64,000 nucleotides of DNA, from assembly GCA_028112705.1 (NCBI GenBank), contig JAOGYN010000005.1, positions 15,527 to 79,526 on the forward strand. Direction: 5' to 3'. Of the stretch, positions 17,043 through 26,505 are shown one piece after another. A program made the position numbers and the translations under genes. Under the pieces are notes generated by a model that saw only the letters and a list, made by a program, of their open reading frames with translations, was not told where the DNA came from and searched no databases. The number at the start of each line of letters is the position of its first letter. Positions within the stretch are counted from its first letter, which is position 1. The stretch comes from Paracoccaceae bacterium (lineage in GTDB: Bacteria > Pseudomonadota > Alphaproteobacteria > Rhodobacterales > Rhodobacteraceae).

Positions 17043-17834
17043 CTACAATGCCCAACTTGGTTTACGCTTCTCTATAAAACTTGAAACACCTTCCAAGCCT
17101 TCATCATCTAACATGCAGTCTGTAAATGTCTTTGCGGCATGAGAGCGAAAATGTTCAGTATTTAACGACAAAGCTTTAAATAAAAGTGCTTTAGTCTTGG
17201 CGTTAGCCTTTGGGGCTGATTTAAATACACCCTTCTTAATATTATCCAATACATTTATAAATTCGTCAGCATTGCCTACGGCAATATCAGCCAAACCAAT
17301 ACGATGTGCTTCAACACCATCAAACCTAGATGCAGTTAACATTAACCTTCTCGAATTAGACAGTCCTATTCTTGCCATAACAAAGGGTGCTATTTGGGCT
17401 GGTGGAATACCTAAAGTTGTTTCAGTGAGAGAGAAAAATGCATCCACAGTTGTAACAACAACATCACCACAACTCATTAGGCCCATGCCCCCCGCCACTG
17501 CTGCTCCCTCTATTAATGTCACCACCACCTGTGGCATTGTATTTAATAAATCTAAAAGAATACCAATTTCTGCACTTGCGTCCTCTATCTCACCTCTACT
17601 GGTATTAGGGTTTTGGAAGACTGCTTTAAATCCTTTAAGATCTCCACCTGCACAAAACATTTTTTCTTTTCCACGTAATGTTATTCCACGAATAGAGTTA
17701 TCAGCTCTTGTATCAATTAAAACATTCTTTAATTCACATACCATTTCCGCGGAAAGTGCATTCCTCGAAGCAGGCCGGTTTAACCAAATATTTAACCAAC
17801 CTTTTTCTTTTTCTAATAAAATAGTTTTGAACAT
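17043..17834 (-). CDS. Enoyl-CoA hydratase/isomerase (crotonase) family protein
   Basis: LNRPASRNALS, FCAGGDLK and GAAVAGGMGL oxyanion-hole segments. The ATG at 17834 has AAGGTGA upstream and lies 10 nt after the upstream pseudogene stop. Confidence 0.8.
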   Translation of the reverse strand: MFKTILLEKEKGWLNIWLNRPASRNALSAEMVCELKNVLIDTRADNSIRGITLRGKEKMFCAGGDLKGFKAVFQNPNTSRGEIEDASAEIGILLDLLNTMPQVVVTLIEGAAVAGGMGLMSCGDVVVTTVDAFFSLTETTLGIPPAQIAPFVMARIGLSNSRRLMLTASRFDGVEAHRIGLADIAVGNADEFINVLDNIKKGVFKSAPKANAKTKALLFKALSLNTEHFRSHAAKTFTDCMLDDEGLEGVSSFIEKRKPSWAL

Positions 17835-17844
17835 ATTATCACCT

Positions 17845-18350
17845 TCAAATTTGATCAACGCCAAAAGCGTTTATTTGCATATTTCTATGTTTGGATCCCC
17901 AACAAGTTTTCAGACAAAATCCTAGAATTTTTCTGGTATCACAGGGATAAATGATACCCTTATCAAATAAACGGCCTGACGTATAAAATGCACTTGATTG
18001 CCTCTTAAAATCGTCAGTTATTGCCAAACGTTGTTTTCTCATCACCTTTTTATCTACTTCTTTACCTTTTTTATTTGCAGGAATTGTCATCACCTATTCT
18101 ATTGCCAATGCTGCTTGCTCACCACCCATCAAACCAGTCAATTCATTAACCCATGCAAATAGAAAATTTGAGTCAAAAGCAAGGTATTCCGAAATGTAAC
18201 ACGCTCGGCTGTATCAAAATAGTTACTTATAATTAAGTTGCCTTTTTTAACTAACGTTAGTTTTGTTTAAAATGAGGTGCCATAAATTCTGCAAATGCTC
18301 CATCATTTGTTTTATTATTTAACCACCTTCCTCAAATCTAGCGTAGATAT
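17845..18350 (-). pseudogene. 5'-truncated, stop-interrupted acyl-CoA carboxylase carboxyltransferase (MccB/PccB-like) remnant
   Basis: The intact 82-aa tail ORF ends …AFYTSGRLFDKGIIYPCDTRKILG…AFGVDQI (compare …ARLWDDGIIDPxDTR…FGVFRM). Upstream in frame, AFDSNFLFAWVNELTGLMGGEQAALAIE is followed by TAG. Further upstream only fragmentary similarity remains across several stops. The 5' limit is approximate. Confidence 0.6.
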
Positions 18351-18612
18351 GAAGACCCTTCATAAATTGAGGAGATATTTAAATTAATTTTGGCGTTATA
18401 TTTCTTTAAAATCGTTTATTATTTCAAATAAGATATTATCAGTTCGCCCAATAATAAGTATTACAACAAACACTCTGCTCTCAGGAGTGTTAACAACATT
18501 AATCAACAGTTTAATTAGACTATTTCTACTCTTATCTAATTTCTAAAAGCCATAAAAAATTACCTACCCAAACTTGAAAAGAACATTTTGTAAATATACT
18601 TAATTTGACAGT

Positions 18613-19719
18613 TTATTTGGGAATTACAGTTTTCTGATAAGTCGCATTTTCAAGCCAATTTGGACTAATTTCCACACCCCAACCTGGTAGATCGTAAACT
18701 TTAGCCATACCATCTTCGATCTTAAAGGGATCATTTGAAAATAAATCTGTTTGCCAAGGATAATATTCAGGTCCCTCAATGGAAAACTCTAAGTATTTTC
18801 CTGCACCTTCTATCGCGCGCAGCAAATGCATCGTAAACACGGTCACTAATGACAAATTAGCACAGTGTGGAGTTACCGGTAGACCAGCTTTATTCGCCAT
18901 CTCGACGACCCTCATAGTTCTATTAATACCACCCAAATATAAAATATCTGGTTGCACTATATCCACTGCTCGCATTTCAATCATTCTCTTCCAGGTTGGC
19001 AAATCACAATCTTGTTCTCCACCAGTGACATCAATACTCAAGGAATCAGTAACAATTTTTGTTTGCTCAAGCTCCCAATATGGGCAAGGCTCTTCAAAGT
19101 GACTAAAATTATTACCTTCCAGTATATGCCCAATCTCAATCGCGCGTTTTGGTGAATAACAACTATTGGCGTCAATCAGTAATTCAACGTCCAATCCTAG
19201 TTCTTTGCGCATAGTTGGGATGATTTCTTCTGTTCTCCCAGGCCATTCGTCTTGGTTTCTTCCAACTTCTGCTCCCGCTCGAACTTTAAAGGCATCAAAG
19301 CCTTGACTATCTCGCAGTGATTTTAATCTAATTGCCTCGTCGTAAGGGGTGATATCTCGTCTCATCGATGACCCATATGCTCTTATGCTGCCAGGAGATC
19401 CACCTAAAAGCTCAGCGACTGATTTTTCAGAAAGTCGACCACGTAAATCCCATATAGCAGTGTCCACCCCCGCCATAGCTCTACGAAGATAAGATCCTGG
19501 AAATTTATGCTCTCTTTCCGTTACAATATCTAATAAATTATCTAATTCATTAATATCTTGACCCATAAAATATGGCGCCACCTGCCTATGCAATATCTGA
19601 ACCGTAATATCAGAGTGATAAGTGGACACTTGTCCCCATCCATAGGATCCGTCCTCTATTGTAACTTTTACAAAGCCAACAAATTTATTGGAAAAGCTTT
19701 CTATCTTTTTGATTTTCAT
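18613..19719 (-). CDS. Enolase-superfamily enzyme (mandelate racemase/muconate lactonizing enzyme family)
   Basis: AFKVRAG, LIDANSCY, HFEEPCP, GGEQDCD and DIVQPD segments match the metal ligands and catalytic strands of MR/MLE-type acid-sugar dehydratases and racemases. Confidence 0.75.
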   Translation of the reverse strand: MKIKKIESFSNKFVGFVKVTIEDGSYGWGQVSTYHSDITVQILHRQVAPYFMGQDINELDNLLDIVTEREHKFPGSYLRRAMAGVDTAIWDLRGRLSEKSVAELLGGSPGSIRAYGSSMRRDITPYDEAIRLKSLRDSQGFDAFKVRAGAEVGRNQDEWPGRTEEIIPTMRKELGLDVELLIDANSCYSPKRAIEIGHILEGNNFSHFEEPCPYWELEQTKIVTDSLSIDVTGGEQDCDLPTWKRMIEMRAVDIVQPDILYLGGINRTMRVVEMANKAGLPVTPHCANLSLVTVFTMHLLRAIEGAGKYLEFSIEGPEYYPWQTDLFSNDPFKIEDGMAKVYDLPGWGVEISPNWLENATYQKTVIPK

Positions 19720-21347
19720 TTTTTCTGACCAACTTTAGATGTATCTCTAATTATCATTGTGGCTGCTTTTTCTGCTACGGCAATAGTTGGACCATTTGTA
19801 TTCCCAGTTGGAATTGAAGGAAATATAGATGCGTCCACAACTCTAAGTCCATGAACTCCATGTACGCGTAGCTGCTCATCAACGACTGATTGTTTTGGAT
19901 CACTCCCCATCCTACAAGTGCCACACTGATGGTAAACAGTCCAAGAATTTTTTCGAATAAATTCATCAAATTCTTGATCCCTATTAACATCAGGTCCAGG
20001 CGATAGTTCTGATGCAACCACAGATTGAAGGGCAGGAGTTGCTCCAATTTTTCGCATTAATTTCATACCATCACGCATCAACAACCTGTCATGTTCAGTG
20101 GACAGGTAATTTCCATACATCTCTGGAGCAGCCAAAGGATCTTTTGATTTAATCCGCACAAAGCCCCTACTCATTGGTTTGCAGGGATTAAATCCCAATA
20201 AAAATCCAGGGAAAGGATCTGGGCTCATTAAGGGACGGGTCCCAGTTGGCGCTCTCGTATAACTTAATGGGGAAAAATAAATTTGCGTATCTGGAGATTT
20301 AGAAAAGCTCTGTGCTTTGACAAAACCACCACCCTGATTAACGCTCAGTGATAACGGTCCCTTTCTGCGCAAAACATAATTAATTCCTACATTTAATTTC
20401 CCAAAAATAGATCCTAAGGTTTGGTTCAAAGTTGGAACTTTTGACTTATAGTAAATACTGGCCCCCATATGATCCTGTAAATTCTCGCCCACATTTGGTG
20501 AGTGATTAATTATAGGTATATCAAAGTTTTTTAAGAGTGCTGACGCGCCTATGCCAGACTGTTGAAGCAATTGGGGTGAGTTTATTGCACCACCACAAAG
20601 AATAATCTCATTTTGTGCTTTAACAGTATGTAATTCACCATTTTTAATGAATTCAACACTTGTTGCTTTTTTACCTTCAAAGATAACTCTAGTAACATGA
20701 CTTTTTAAGCTTATCTCTAGATTTGATCGATGTTTAATGGGATGTAGGTAGGCGCGAGATGCAGATGCACGAAAGCCCTTCTTTGTAGTAATTTGGTAAA
20801 TTGCGGCTCCCTCCATTTCACCTGCATTATAATCGGCATTGAAAGGTATTCCAGCTTGTTCAGCAGCCTTTAAATATGTATTGCATAACGGATGCACATC
20901 CTTTGAGATATCCCTAATACTTAATGGGCCTCCTACCCCACGATCAGGATGCTCAGGTCCAGTCCAATCCTCCATTTTTTTAAAGATTGAAGACATATTG
21001 TTCCAATCCCAACCAGGTGCAGTTTTTGCCCATTCATTATAATCGTTAGGATGCCCTCGAACATAGACCATTGCGTTGAGTGAACTAGAACCCCCTAATA
21101 CTTTTCCTCGAGGCCAATACATTTTATTCGCATCTAAATTTTGCTCAGGCTCAGTTTCATACTTCCAGTTAAATCGGGAGTCATAGTAAATCTTGCCATA
21201 TCCAATAGGCATCCTTATCCAGAAACTTGAGTCATTTCCTCCTGCCTCAAGTATAAGAACCCTATGCTTTTTGTTTTCTGTTAACCGATTTGCCAACACT
21301 GACCCAGCTGATCCAGCCCCAACTATAACGTAATCGTATTCTTGCAC
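19716..21347 (-). CDS. GMC-family FAD oxidoreductase (choline dehydrogenase-like)
   Basis: N-terminal YDYVIVGAGSAGSVLANRLTE, GMC signature GKVLGGSSSLNAMVYVRG, and C-terminal HQCGTCRMG…LRVVDASIFP. Its TGA overlaps the ATG of the downstream gene (ATGA). Confidence 0.85.
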   Translation of the reverse strand: MQEYDYVIVGAGSAGSVLANRLTENKKHRVLILEAGGNDSSFWIRMPIGYGKIYYDSRFNWKYETEPEQNLDANKMYWPRGKVLGGSSSLNAMVYVRGHPNDYNEWAKTAPGWDWNNMSSIFKKMEDWTGPEHPDRGVGGPLSIRDISKDVHPLCNTYLKAAEQAGIPFNADYNAGEMEGAAIYQITTKKGFRASASRAYLHPIKHRSNLEISLKSHVTRVIFEGKKATSVEFIKNGELHTVKAQNEIILCGGAINSPQLLQQSGIGASALLKNFDIPIINHSPNVGENLQDHMGASIYYKSKVPTLNQTLGSIFGKLNVGINYVLRRKGPLSLSVNQGGGFVKAQSFSKSPDTQIYFSPLSYTRAPTGTRPLMSPDPFPGFLLGFNPCKPMSRGFVRIKSKDPLAAPEMYGNYLSTEHDRLLMRDGMKLMRKIGATPALQSVVASELSPGPDVNRDQEFDEFIRKNSWTVYHQCGTCRMGSDPKQSVVDEQLRVHGVHGLRVVDASIFPSIPTGNTNGPTIAVAEKAATMIIRDTSKVGQKK

Positions 21348-21514
21348 TAATCTGACCCAACTTTCTTAACCAAATGAAAAAAATTTCTGTTTTAAACAAA
21401 GCTAAATAAAAATAAAAATCAATATTAAAATTTCTATTATGATATCTTAACTTGATAATCTTTTTCTACCAAAATAAGAATAAAGGAATTACACATTATT
21501 CAAGGAACAGACAG

Positions 21515-21862
21515 ATGCTTACTAAATTTGATGATATTGATAAACCTGAGGCAGATACAAACGATTTAGATGGTTGGATTGTAGTTGAAGGCAAACCAAC
21601 TATGAAAACGCAAGTTTTACATACTAATAAAGAAGAAACTATGATTTCTGGCATATGGGAAGCCACCCCCGGCACATATCACGCAACATATTCCGCATAT
21701 GAATTTGTTCATATCATCAAAGGTGTGATTAAAATAACTCCAGATGATGGCACGTCAGCAAGGATCGTAAAAGCAGGAGATACTTTTATAGTGGAATCAA
21801 ATTTCAAAGGCACATGGGAAATCCAAGAGTCTGTCTTAAAACATTTCGATTTTGTATTATAA
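21515..21862 (+). CDS. Small cupin-domain protein (cupin_3/DUF861-like)
   Basis: 115 aa from the ATG with AAGGA upstream. The GIWEATPG…EFVHIIKGVIKITPDDG…GDTFIV pattern recalls single-domain cupins. Confidence 0.55.
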   Translation: MLTKFDDIDKPEADTNDLDGWIVVEGKPTMKTQVLHTNKEETMISGIWEATPGTYHATYSAYEFVHIIKGVIKITPDDGTSARIVKAGDTFIVESNFKGTWEIQESVLKHFDFVL

Positions 21863-21881
21863 AACAAAGCCTTAAAAGATA

Positions 21882-22757
21882 CTATAAATCTTTTTTTCTT
21901 CGTTTAGTCGCACTGCCAATTGATCTAGGCTTTGAAAAATCAGTTTTTGGTTGCAGCTGTCCAGTTGGGTTCGTGGTTTGTCCTGTAAATGCTTCAGACC
22001 AGGTGCCTAATTTTTGATCCATATCCTTCCAGTCAGTCATTAATTCATTGTCTCTATACATTGCGAATGGTCGCAATGTACTCTCATAATAATCCACCTG
22101 CTCATTTGTTCTATACTGTTTGGAATTGTAGCCATTCCAGTGAATTAGCTGCTCCAATGGCCTCCTGTACCTTCGATCCTGAGACGCTATTGGATAGCCA
22201 ATGGGAATTGTTCCAAATGCAGTCATCCACTCAGGGTAACCCAAAATTTTTGATAAATCTCTATTTGTGGTATCCTCACCACCTCCTGACAACCAAGATG
22301 ACGTCAATCCTTCCGCAGTAACACCTAACTGTATGTTTTGTATTGCGGCACCTAAGGAACACAGAAAGATTGCTTCGTTATTATCATCATATTCTTTAGC
22401 CCACTCCTCAGTGCTAGAATGAGGAAAACAAACCTTCCACCTCGGATCACCTAATACAAGAATAATTGCTACCGTATTTGCTAAATATGTTTTCTTAACA
22501 GCGGGAAATCCCTTCGCATGATCTACTAAACGCTGAGCTTGTTCCAAAAACACGCCAGTTACTTTTTCAATCATGACTGGATCATCAACAACAACGAAAT
22601 CCCAACATTGAACGTTAGCACCAGAGGGAGCCCACCTACCGCAATCGACAATTTTTTTTAAGGATTCCTTTGATACATCTCTCCCAGATTGAAATTTACG
22701 CGTACTCCTTCTCTTTTCAATTATTTCGTAAAAAAGCGGTTTTTTATCGTTAGACAT
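21882..22757 (-). CDS. Nitroreductase-family flavoprotein with ~85-aa C-terminal extension
   Basis: RRSTRKF…RWAPSGANVQCWDFVVV is the classic nitroreductase N-terminus. The last ~85 residues (…YRTNEQVDYYES…KRRKKDL) lie outside the usual ~200-aa fold. Confidence 0.7.
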   Translation of the reverse strand: MSNDKKPLFYEIIEKRRSTRKFQSGRDVSKESLKKIVDCGRWAPSGANVQCWDFVVVDDPVMIEKVTGVFLEQAQRLVDHAKGFPAVKKTYLANTVAIILVLGDPRWKVCFPHSSTEEWAKEYDDNNEAIFLCSLGAAIQNIQLGVTAEGLTSSWLSGGGEDTTNRDLSKILGYPEWMTAFGTIPIGYPIASQDRRYRRPLEQLIHWNGYNSKQYRTNEQVDYYESTLRPFAMYRDNELMTDWKDMDQKLGTWSEAFTGQTTNPTGQLQPKTDFSKPRSIGSATKRRKKDL

Positions 22758-22858
22758 ATAAATTCCAATTTTTAAATTTAAGGTTTAACTATTTTGATAA
22801 AATCTTATCATGAATAATTAAGACATCAAATAATATAAGATTAAATGAAAGGTAAAAA

Positions 22859-23290
22859 ATGACTGATAAAAAACATACAGGAGAATGTTACTGTGGGTCG
22901 ATACAGTTTGAAGTCAGTGGAGATGCTGTTTTACAAGCAATCTGTCACTGCACATACTGCAGAGGCTGGTCAGCAAGCCCAGTTAACGGAGTAACTGCGT
23001 TTCCTGGAGGCGCAATGAGCATAACGAAAGGCAAAGAGCATTTAAAAACTTTTGCCAAAACTGAGGGTCACAATCGGTCTTGGTGTGAAAAATGTGGTGG
23101 ACATGTATTTTCTGACCACCCCCCACTTGGAATAATTGATGTTTATGCATCTGTTTTAAAAGGATTTGATTGGAAACCTGAAATACATTTGAACTATGAA
23201 AATGCTATCATGCCAATGCGAGATGGCCTTCCAAAGTTCAAGGATATGCCAGCAGATCTTGGCGGTAGCGGCGATATGATTGACGAATAA
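22859..23290 (+). CDS. GFA-family (CENP-V/glutathione-dependent formaldehyde-activating) zinc protein
   Basis: Cys pattern CYCGSIQF…CHCTYCR…WCEKCGGHVF. Confidence 0.75.
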   Translation: MTDKKHTGECYCGSIQFEVSGDAVLQAICHCTYCRGWSASPVNGVTAFPGGAMSITKGKEHLKTFAKTEGHNRSWCEKCGGHVFSDHPPLGIIDVYASVLKGFDWKPEIHLNYENAIMPMRDGLPKFKDMPADLGGSGDMIDE

Positions 23291-23307
23291 ATCAACACTA
23301 AACAACA

Positions 23308-23337
23308 TAGGATAAAGCTTTTATTAGCTTTATCCTA
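23308..23337. terminator. Bidirectional stem-loop between convergent genes (12-bp perfect stem, 6-nt loop)
   Basis: TAGGATAAAGCT-tttatt-AGCTTTATCCTA read directly. The right arm overlaps the stop codon region of the minus-strand gene. Confidence 0.5.
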
Positions 23338-24628
23338 ATACAGAATTTGAACTTTCGGGATTGACTTTTCTCAAGCGAGAAAAAAATCCTACATTTAATT
23401 TTCGCCCTATTTTTTCTAAATTAAACTCGTAAGGCACCGTGTCGTGGTCATTACCAGACTCACAGTAATTTATTAAACCCACCATCATTCTCGCTGCAAT
23501 GGTAGCATTCTTATATTGATTACCACTTGTTCCACACGCCATGTAAAAACCATTTAAGCTTGATTTGTCATATATTGGTATCCAGTCGTCTGATGCATCA
23601 TAAAGATCAACTATTCCTTTTCTTCTAGATGGAATGCCAAGTGTTGGCACCCGCTGCGCATATCGATGAACTTGATTATCCCATTGGTCGGTAAATTCGC
23701 CATTAAAGTTGCTATCATCGACGAATTCTCTTGGATCACAATCTGGGTCTTCTGACCCAATTAAAATATGCCCTCCATGTTCTGGGCGTACGTAACAGCC
23801 AATATCACTATCTGAGATGACAAACCCACTTTTTTCAAAATCAAACCCCAATGGCTGAGGAACGTGGGCAACTTCCTGCCTGAGAGGGCGAGTCTTAATA
23901 TTCATTTCCGCCTCAACGCCTGCCATTTTATTAATTTTGAAACTAGCAGGCCCAGCTACATTTATGACAATAGAAGAATTAATTACTTCGCCATTGGAAA
24001 GTTTAACACCTAAAACTGAGTCATTTTCTTTAATTATATCAGCTACTTCAGAATTAAACTTAAACTGACCCCCATGCGATTTAGCAGCAAACATTAAATT
24101 GTGCGCCGATAACTGTGGATCAGTAACATAGCCCCCAGTGGGAAAGAAAACTCCCGTATTGATTTGAGAACCATTTGGCACACCAAATCCATCCTGATCA
24201 ATTCTCTTTGCTGGTGCGAAACTATCCTGATTATAAATTGGCAGTTTCTCTCTAATAACATTCGAATTCCATTCGTCAAAAGGGATATTCAAAGACGAAC
24301 ATATTGCTTTGTGCTTTTCTAAAAACCCATTTTGCTTTGTCTGCATCACCAGGCAACCACACTCAACAAACTTTGCCATTCCCTGATCATCTTTAACGCC
24401 CAGATATTCTGCCCAATTCTTCCAATCAAAGTAGCCCTCATAAGCAAGTGCAGAGCCATCCATAGTAGAGTAGTGTACTCTAATTATTGCACACGAAGCG
24501 GATGTTGAGCCAGTACCTGCATCATGATTTTTATCAAGATTTAAGGTTTTAAATCCAGCCTTAGTTAATTCGAAACCCATTGCTGCTCCAATCACACCAG
24601 AGCCAATAATAATAACGTCATATTCCAT
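23330..24628 (-). CDS. FAD-dependent oxidoreductase (DAO family)
   Basis: N-terminal dinucleotide fold YDVIIIGSGVIGAAMGFELTKAG. 432 aa. Last gene of the TRAP-linked operon. Confidence 0.75.
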   Translation of the reverse strand: MEYDVIIIGSGVIGAAMGFELTKAGFKTLNLDKNHDAGTGSTSASCAIIRVHYSTMDGSALAYEGYFDWKNWAEYLGVKDDQGMAKFVECGCLVMQTKQNGFLEKHKAICSSLNIPFDEWNSNVIREKLPIYNQDSFAPAKRIDQDGFGVPNGSQINTGVFFPTGGYVTDPQLSAHNLMFAAKSHGGQFKFNSEVADIIKENDSVLGVKLSNGEVINSSIVINVAGPASFKINKMAGVEAEMNIKTRPLRQEVAHVPQPLGFDFEKSGFVISDSDIGCYVRPEHGGHILIGSEDPDCDPREFVDDSNFNGEFTDQWDNQVHRYAQRVPTLGIPSRRKGIVDLYDASDDWIPIYDKSSLNGFYMACGTSGNQYKNATIAARMMVGLINYCESGNDHDTVPYEFNLEKIGRKLNVGFFSRLRKVNPESSNSVLG

Positions 24629-24675
24629 AGATTAACCACTTCACAAATTAATATTTTTTATAAATTATCGTACTA

Positions 24676-25944
24676 TCACTTTAAGAGATTTGGCAACCAT
24701 GTCGCCGCAAAAGGAAAAGCGATCATTAACAGACCATAAATAATACCAACTCCCACAAATAAAGGCACCTCTTTAAATGCCTTACCTGGGTTTTCTTGAA
24801 TAACGCTTGCAGAAGTATATATCCCTACACAAACTGGCGGAGTAATCATACCAATTCCAGCAAAAGCTACAAATACAACATATAAATGTAAAATATCTAA
24901 TTTTAAGGATAAGGCTAATGCCGCAAAAATTGGCACAGTTAAATAAAATACTGGTACAATCTCTATAAACGTCCCCAAGGTTAAGCATATAAGAGCCAAC
25001 GCCAACCAGAAGAACCATACCCCACCACCAAGGTCCGTAAAATATGAGATGATACTTTGTGGCACTTGCGTATAAGTCAAAACCACACTCAAAAATGTTG
25101 CCATTGCAATTATAGAAAATATTACAGCAGTAATCGTTGCCGTTTCTTTAAAACACTTCAGCAAAAGAGAAAAAGTTAATTCGCGATATATTAAGAAACC
25201 CATTATTATAGCCCAAACTCCAGCGACTGCTGCAGACTCAGACGGTGTTAATAAACCGGCATAGATACCACCAAGTATTATAACTGGAGTTATCAGTGCA
25301 GGAATAGCCTGGATAAAAGCCATTATCTTTTCAGACCTCGTTGCTGGCTTATTACTTTTTATATTTCGGCATTTAATCAGTACTAAAACGATCATTAATA
25401 AAAGAAGGATGAGACCAGGCACTATACCAGCAGCAAAAGTTTGCGAAACAGGTACATTAGTTAAAGCACTAAATAATATAGCTGCGTTAGAAGGCGGTAT
25501 TAATGCCTCTAATAGTGCGGCAGACGCAGCCAAAACTACAACAAAAGGCTTTGGATAACCCTGTTCAATCATCTTAGGCATCATTATTGTTCCAACAGCT
25601 GTTATCGCTGCAAGAATTGAACCACAAAAAGCAGCAAAAAAGCCCATTGCGATCACCATCGCTATCCCCAAACCTCCTGGCCAATGACCTACCAATGCTG
25701 TTGCAAAACCAACCAACCTTGAGGCTGCACCTCCTCGCAACATTGCCATGCCAGCAAATATAAAAAGTGGCACTGCTATCAACACATGTTTAGTTAAGGC
25801 ACCAAATGAAACCTGTATCAACGTGGACCACGGCAAACCAAGTCCCCAGATAGCCGCAGCTGAACTACCCAAGCCAAAAACTAAGAAGATTGGCACAGAG
25901 CAAAGTAAAAGTACGAGAGAAATAATAACTGCTAATAAATACAT
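24676..25944 (-). CDS. TRAP transporter large permease (DctM family)
   Basis: 422 aa with about 12 TM helices. Starts 1 nt after the small-permease gene. Confidence 0.85.
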   Translation of the reverse strand: MYLLAVIISLVLLLCSVPIFLVFGLGSSAAAIWGLGLPWSTLIQVSFGALTKHVLIAVPLFIFAGMAMLRGGAASRLVGFATALVGHWPGGLGIAMVIAMGFFAAFCGSILAAITAVGTIMMPKMIEQGYPKPFVVVLAASAALLEALIPPSNAAILFSALTNVPVSQTFAAGIVPGLILLLLMIVLVLIKCRNIKSNKPATRSEKIMAFIQAIPALITPVIILGGIYAGLLTPSESAAVAGVWAIIMGFLIYRELTFSLLLKCFKETATITAVIFSIIAMATFLSVVLTYTQVPQSIISYFTDLGGGVWFFWLALALICLTLGTFIEIVPVFYLTVPIFAALALSLKLDILHLYVVFVAFAGIGMITPPVCVGIYTSASVIQENPGKAFKEVPLFVGVGIIYGLLMIAFPFAATWLPNLLK

Positions 25945-25945
25945 T

Positions 25946-26467
25946 TTATTTTGTTTTCTCTTTTTTTTGTATTAAGTTTTTCAAATCTGTCAATATTAGC
26001 TCAAAGGAAAACAGACCTAAAATCGCAAAACCTGTAGGAAACGCTAAATACATCCACCAAATAGGAATTTCGATTTCCAACTCCATTATTTGACCAAGCT
26101 TAAAATACAACAAAGTAGCGTCTAAACCTGCTTTAAAAAATACTATCGATGCCAATAATGCAATCACATTAGAAAAGAGACTAAGCCAATTAAGATTTTC
26201 ATCACTTATCAACGCAGGAAGGAAATCAACTTTTATGTGTTGAGCGTTTTTTAATAAAGGACCCAATAAAGGGAATACCAGCCAACTGACTAGAACTGGT
26301 GGCAACTCAATAAACCAATCATATCCATTACCAGAAATATATCTAGTTATCGCACTAAGTGCTAATGCAGAAACCATAATTGCTATAATAGCCATCGCAA
26401 TCATATGAGCAAAATGTCCAATCAAGACATTTATAGATCGCAATGGCTTAAGAAAAAATGAAATCAT
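25946..26467 (-). CDS. TRAP transporter small permease (DctQ family)
   Basis: 173 aa with 4 TM helices, positioned between the DctP-like and DctM-like genes. Confidence 0.7.
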   Translation of the reverse strand: MISFFLKPLRSINVLIGHFAHMIAMAIIAIMVSALALSAITRYISGNGYDWFIELPPVLVSWLVFPLLGPLLKNAQHIKVDFLPALISDENLNWLSLFSNVIALLASIVFFKAGLDATLLYFKLGQIMELEIEIPIWWMYLAFPTGFAILGLFSFELILTDLKNLIQKKEKTK

Positions 26468-26505
26468 TCAATTCATTAATATTTTAAAAATATCAAATTT
26501 CATCT

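Noticed and set aside
17197-17925. 242-aa ORF antisense to the crotonase gene
   Set aside because: The opposite strand carries clear crotonase motifs. The antisense product is Ser/Pro/Ile-rich low-complexity sequence with no recognisable domain.
18360-18612. Possible structured RNA or terminator (7-bp stem AACACTC…GAGTGTT at 18469-18491) downstream of the enolase-family gene
   Set aside because: The stem is short with a 9-nt loop and no U-tract on the relevant strand. The region is more simply explained as residual non-coding DNA from the deleted 5' part of the carboxyltransferase gene.
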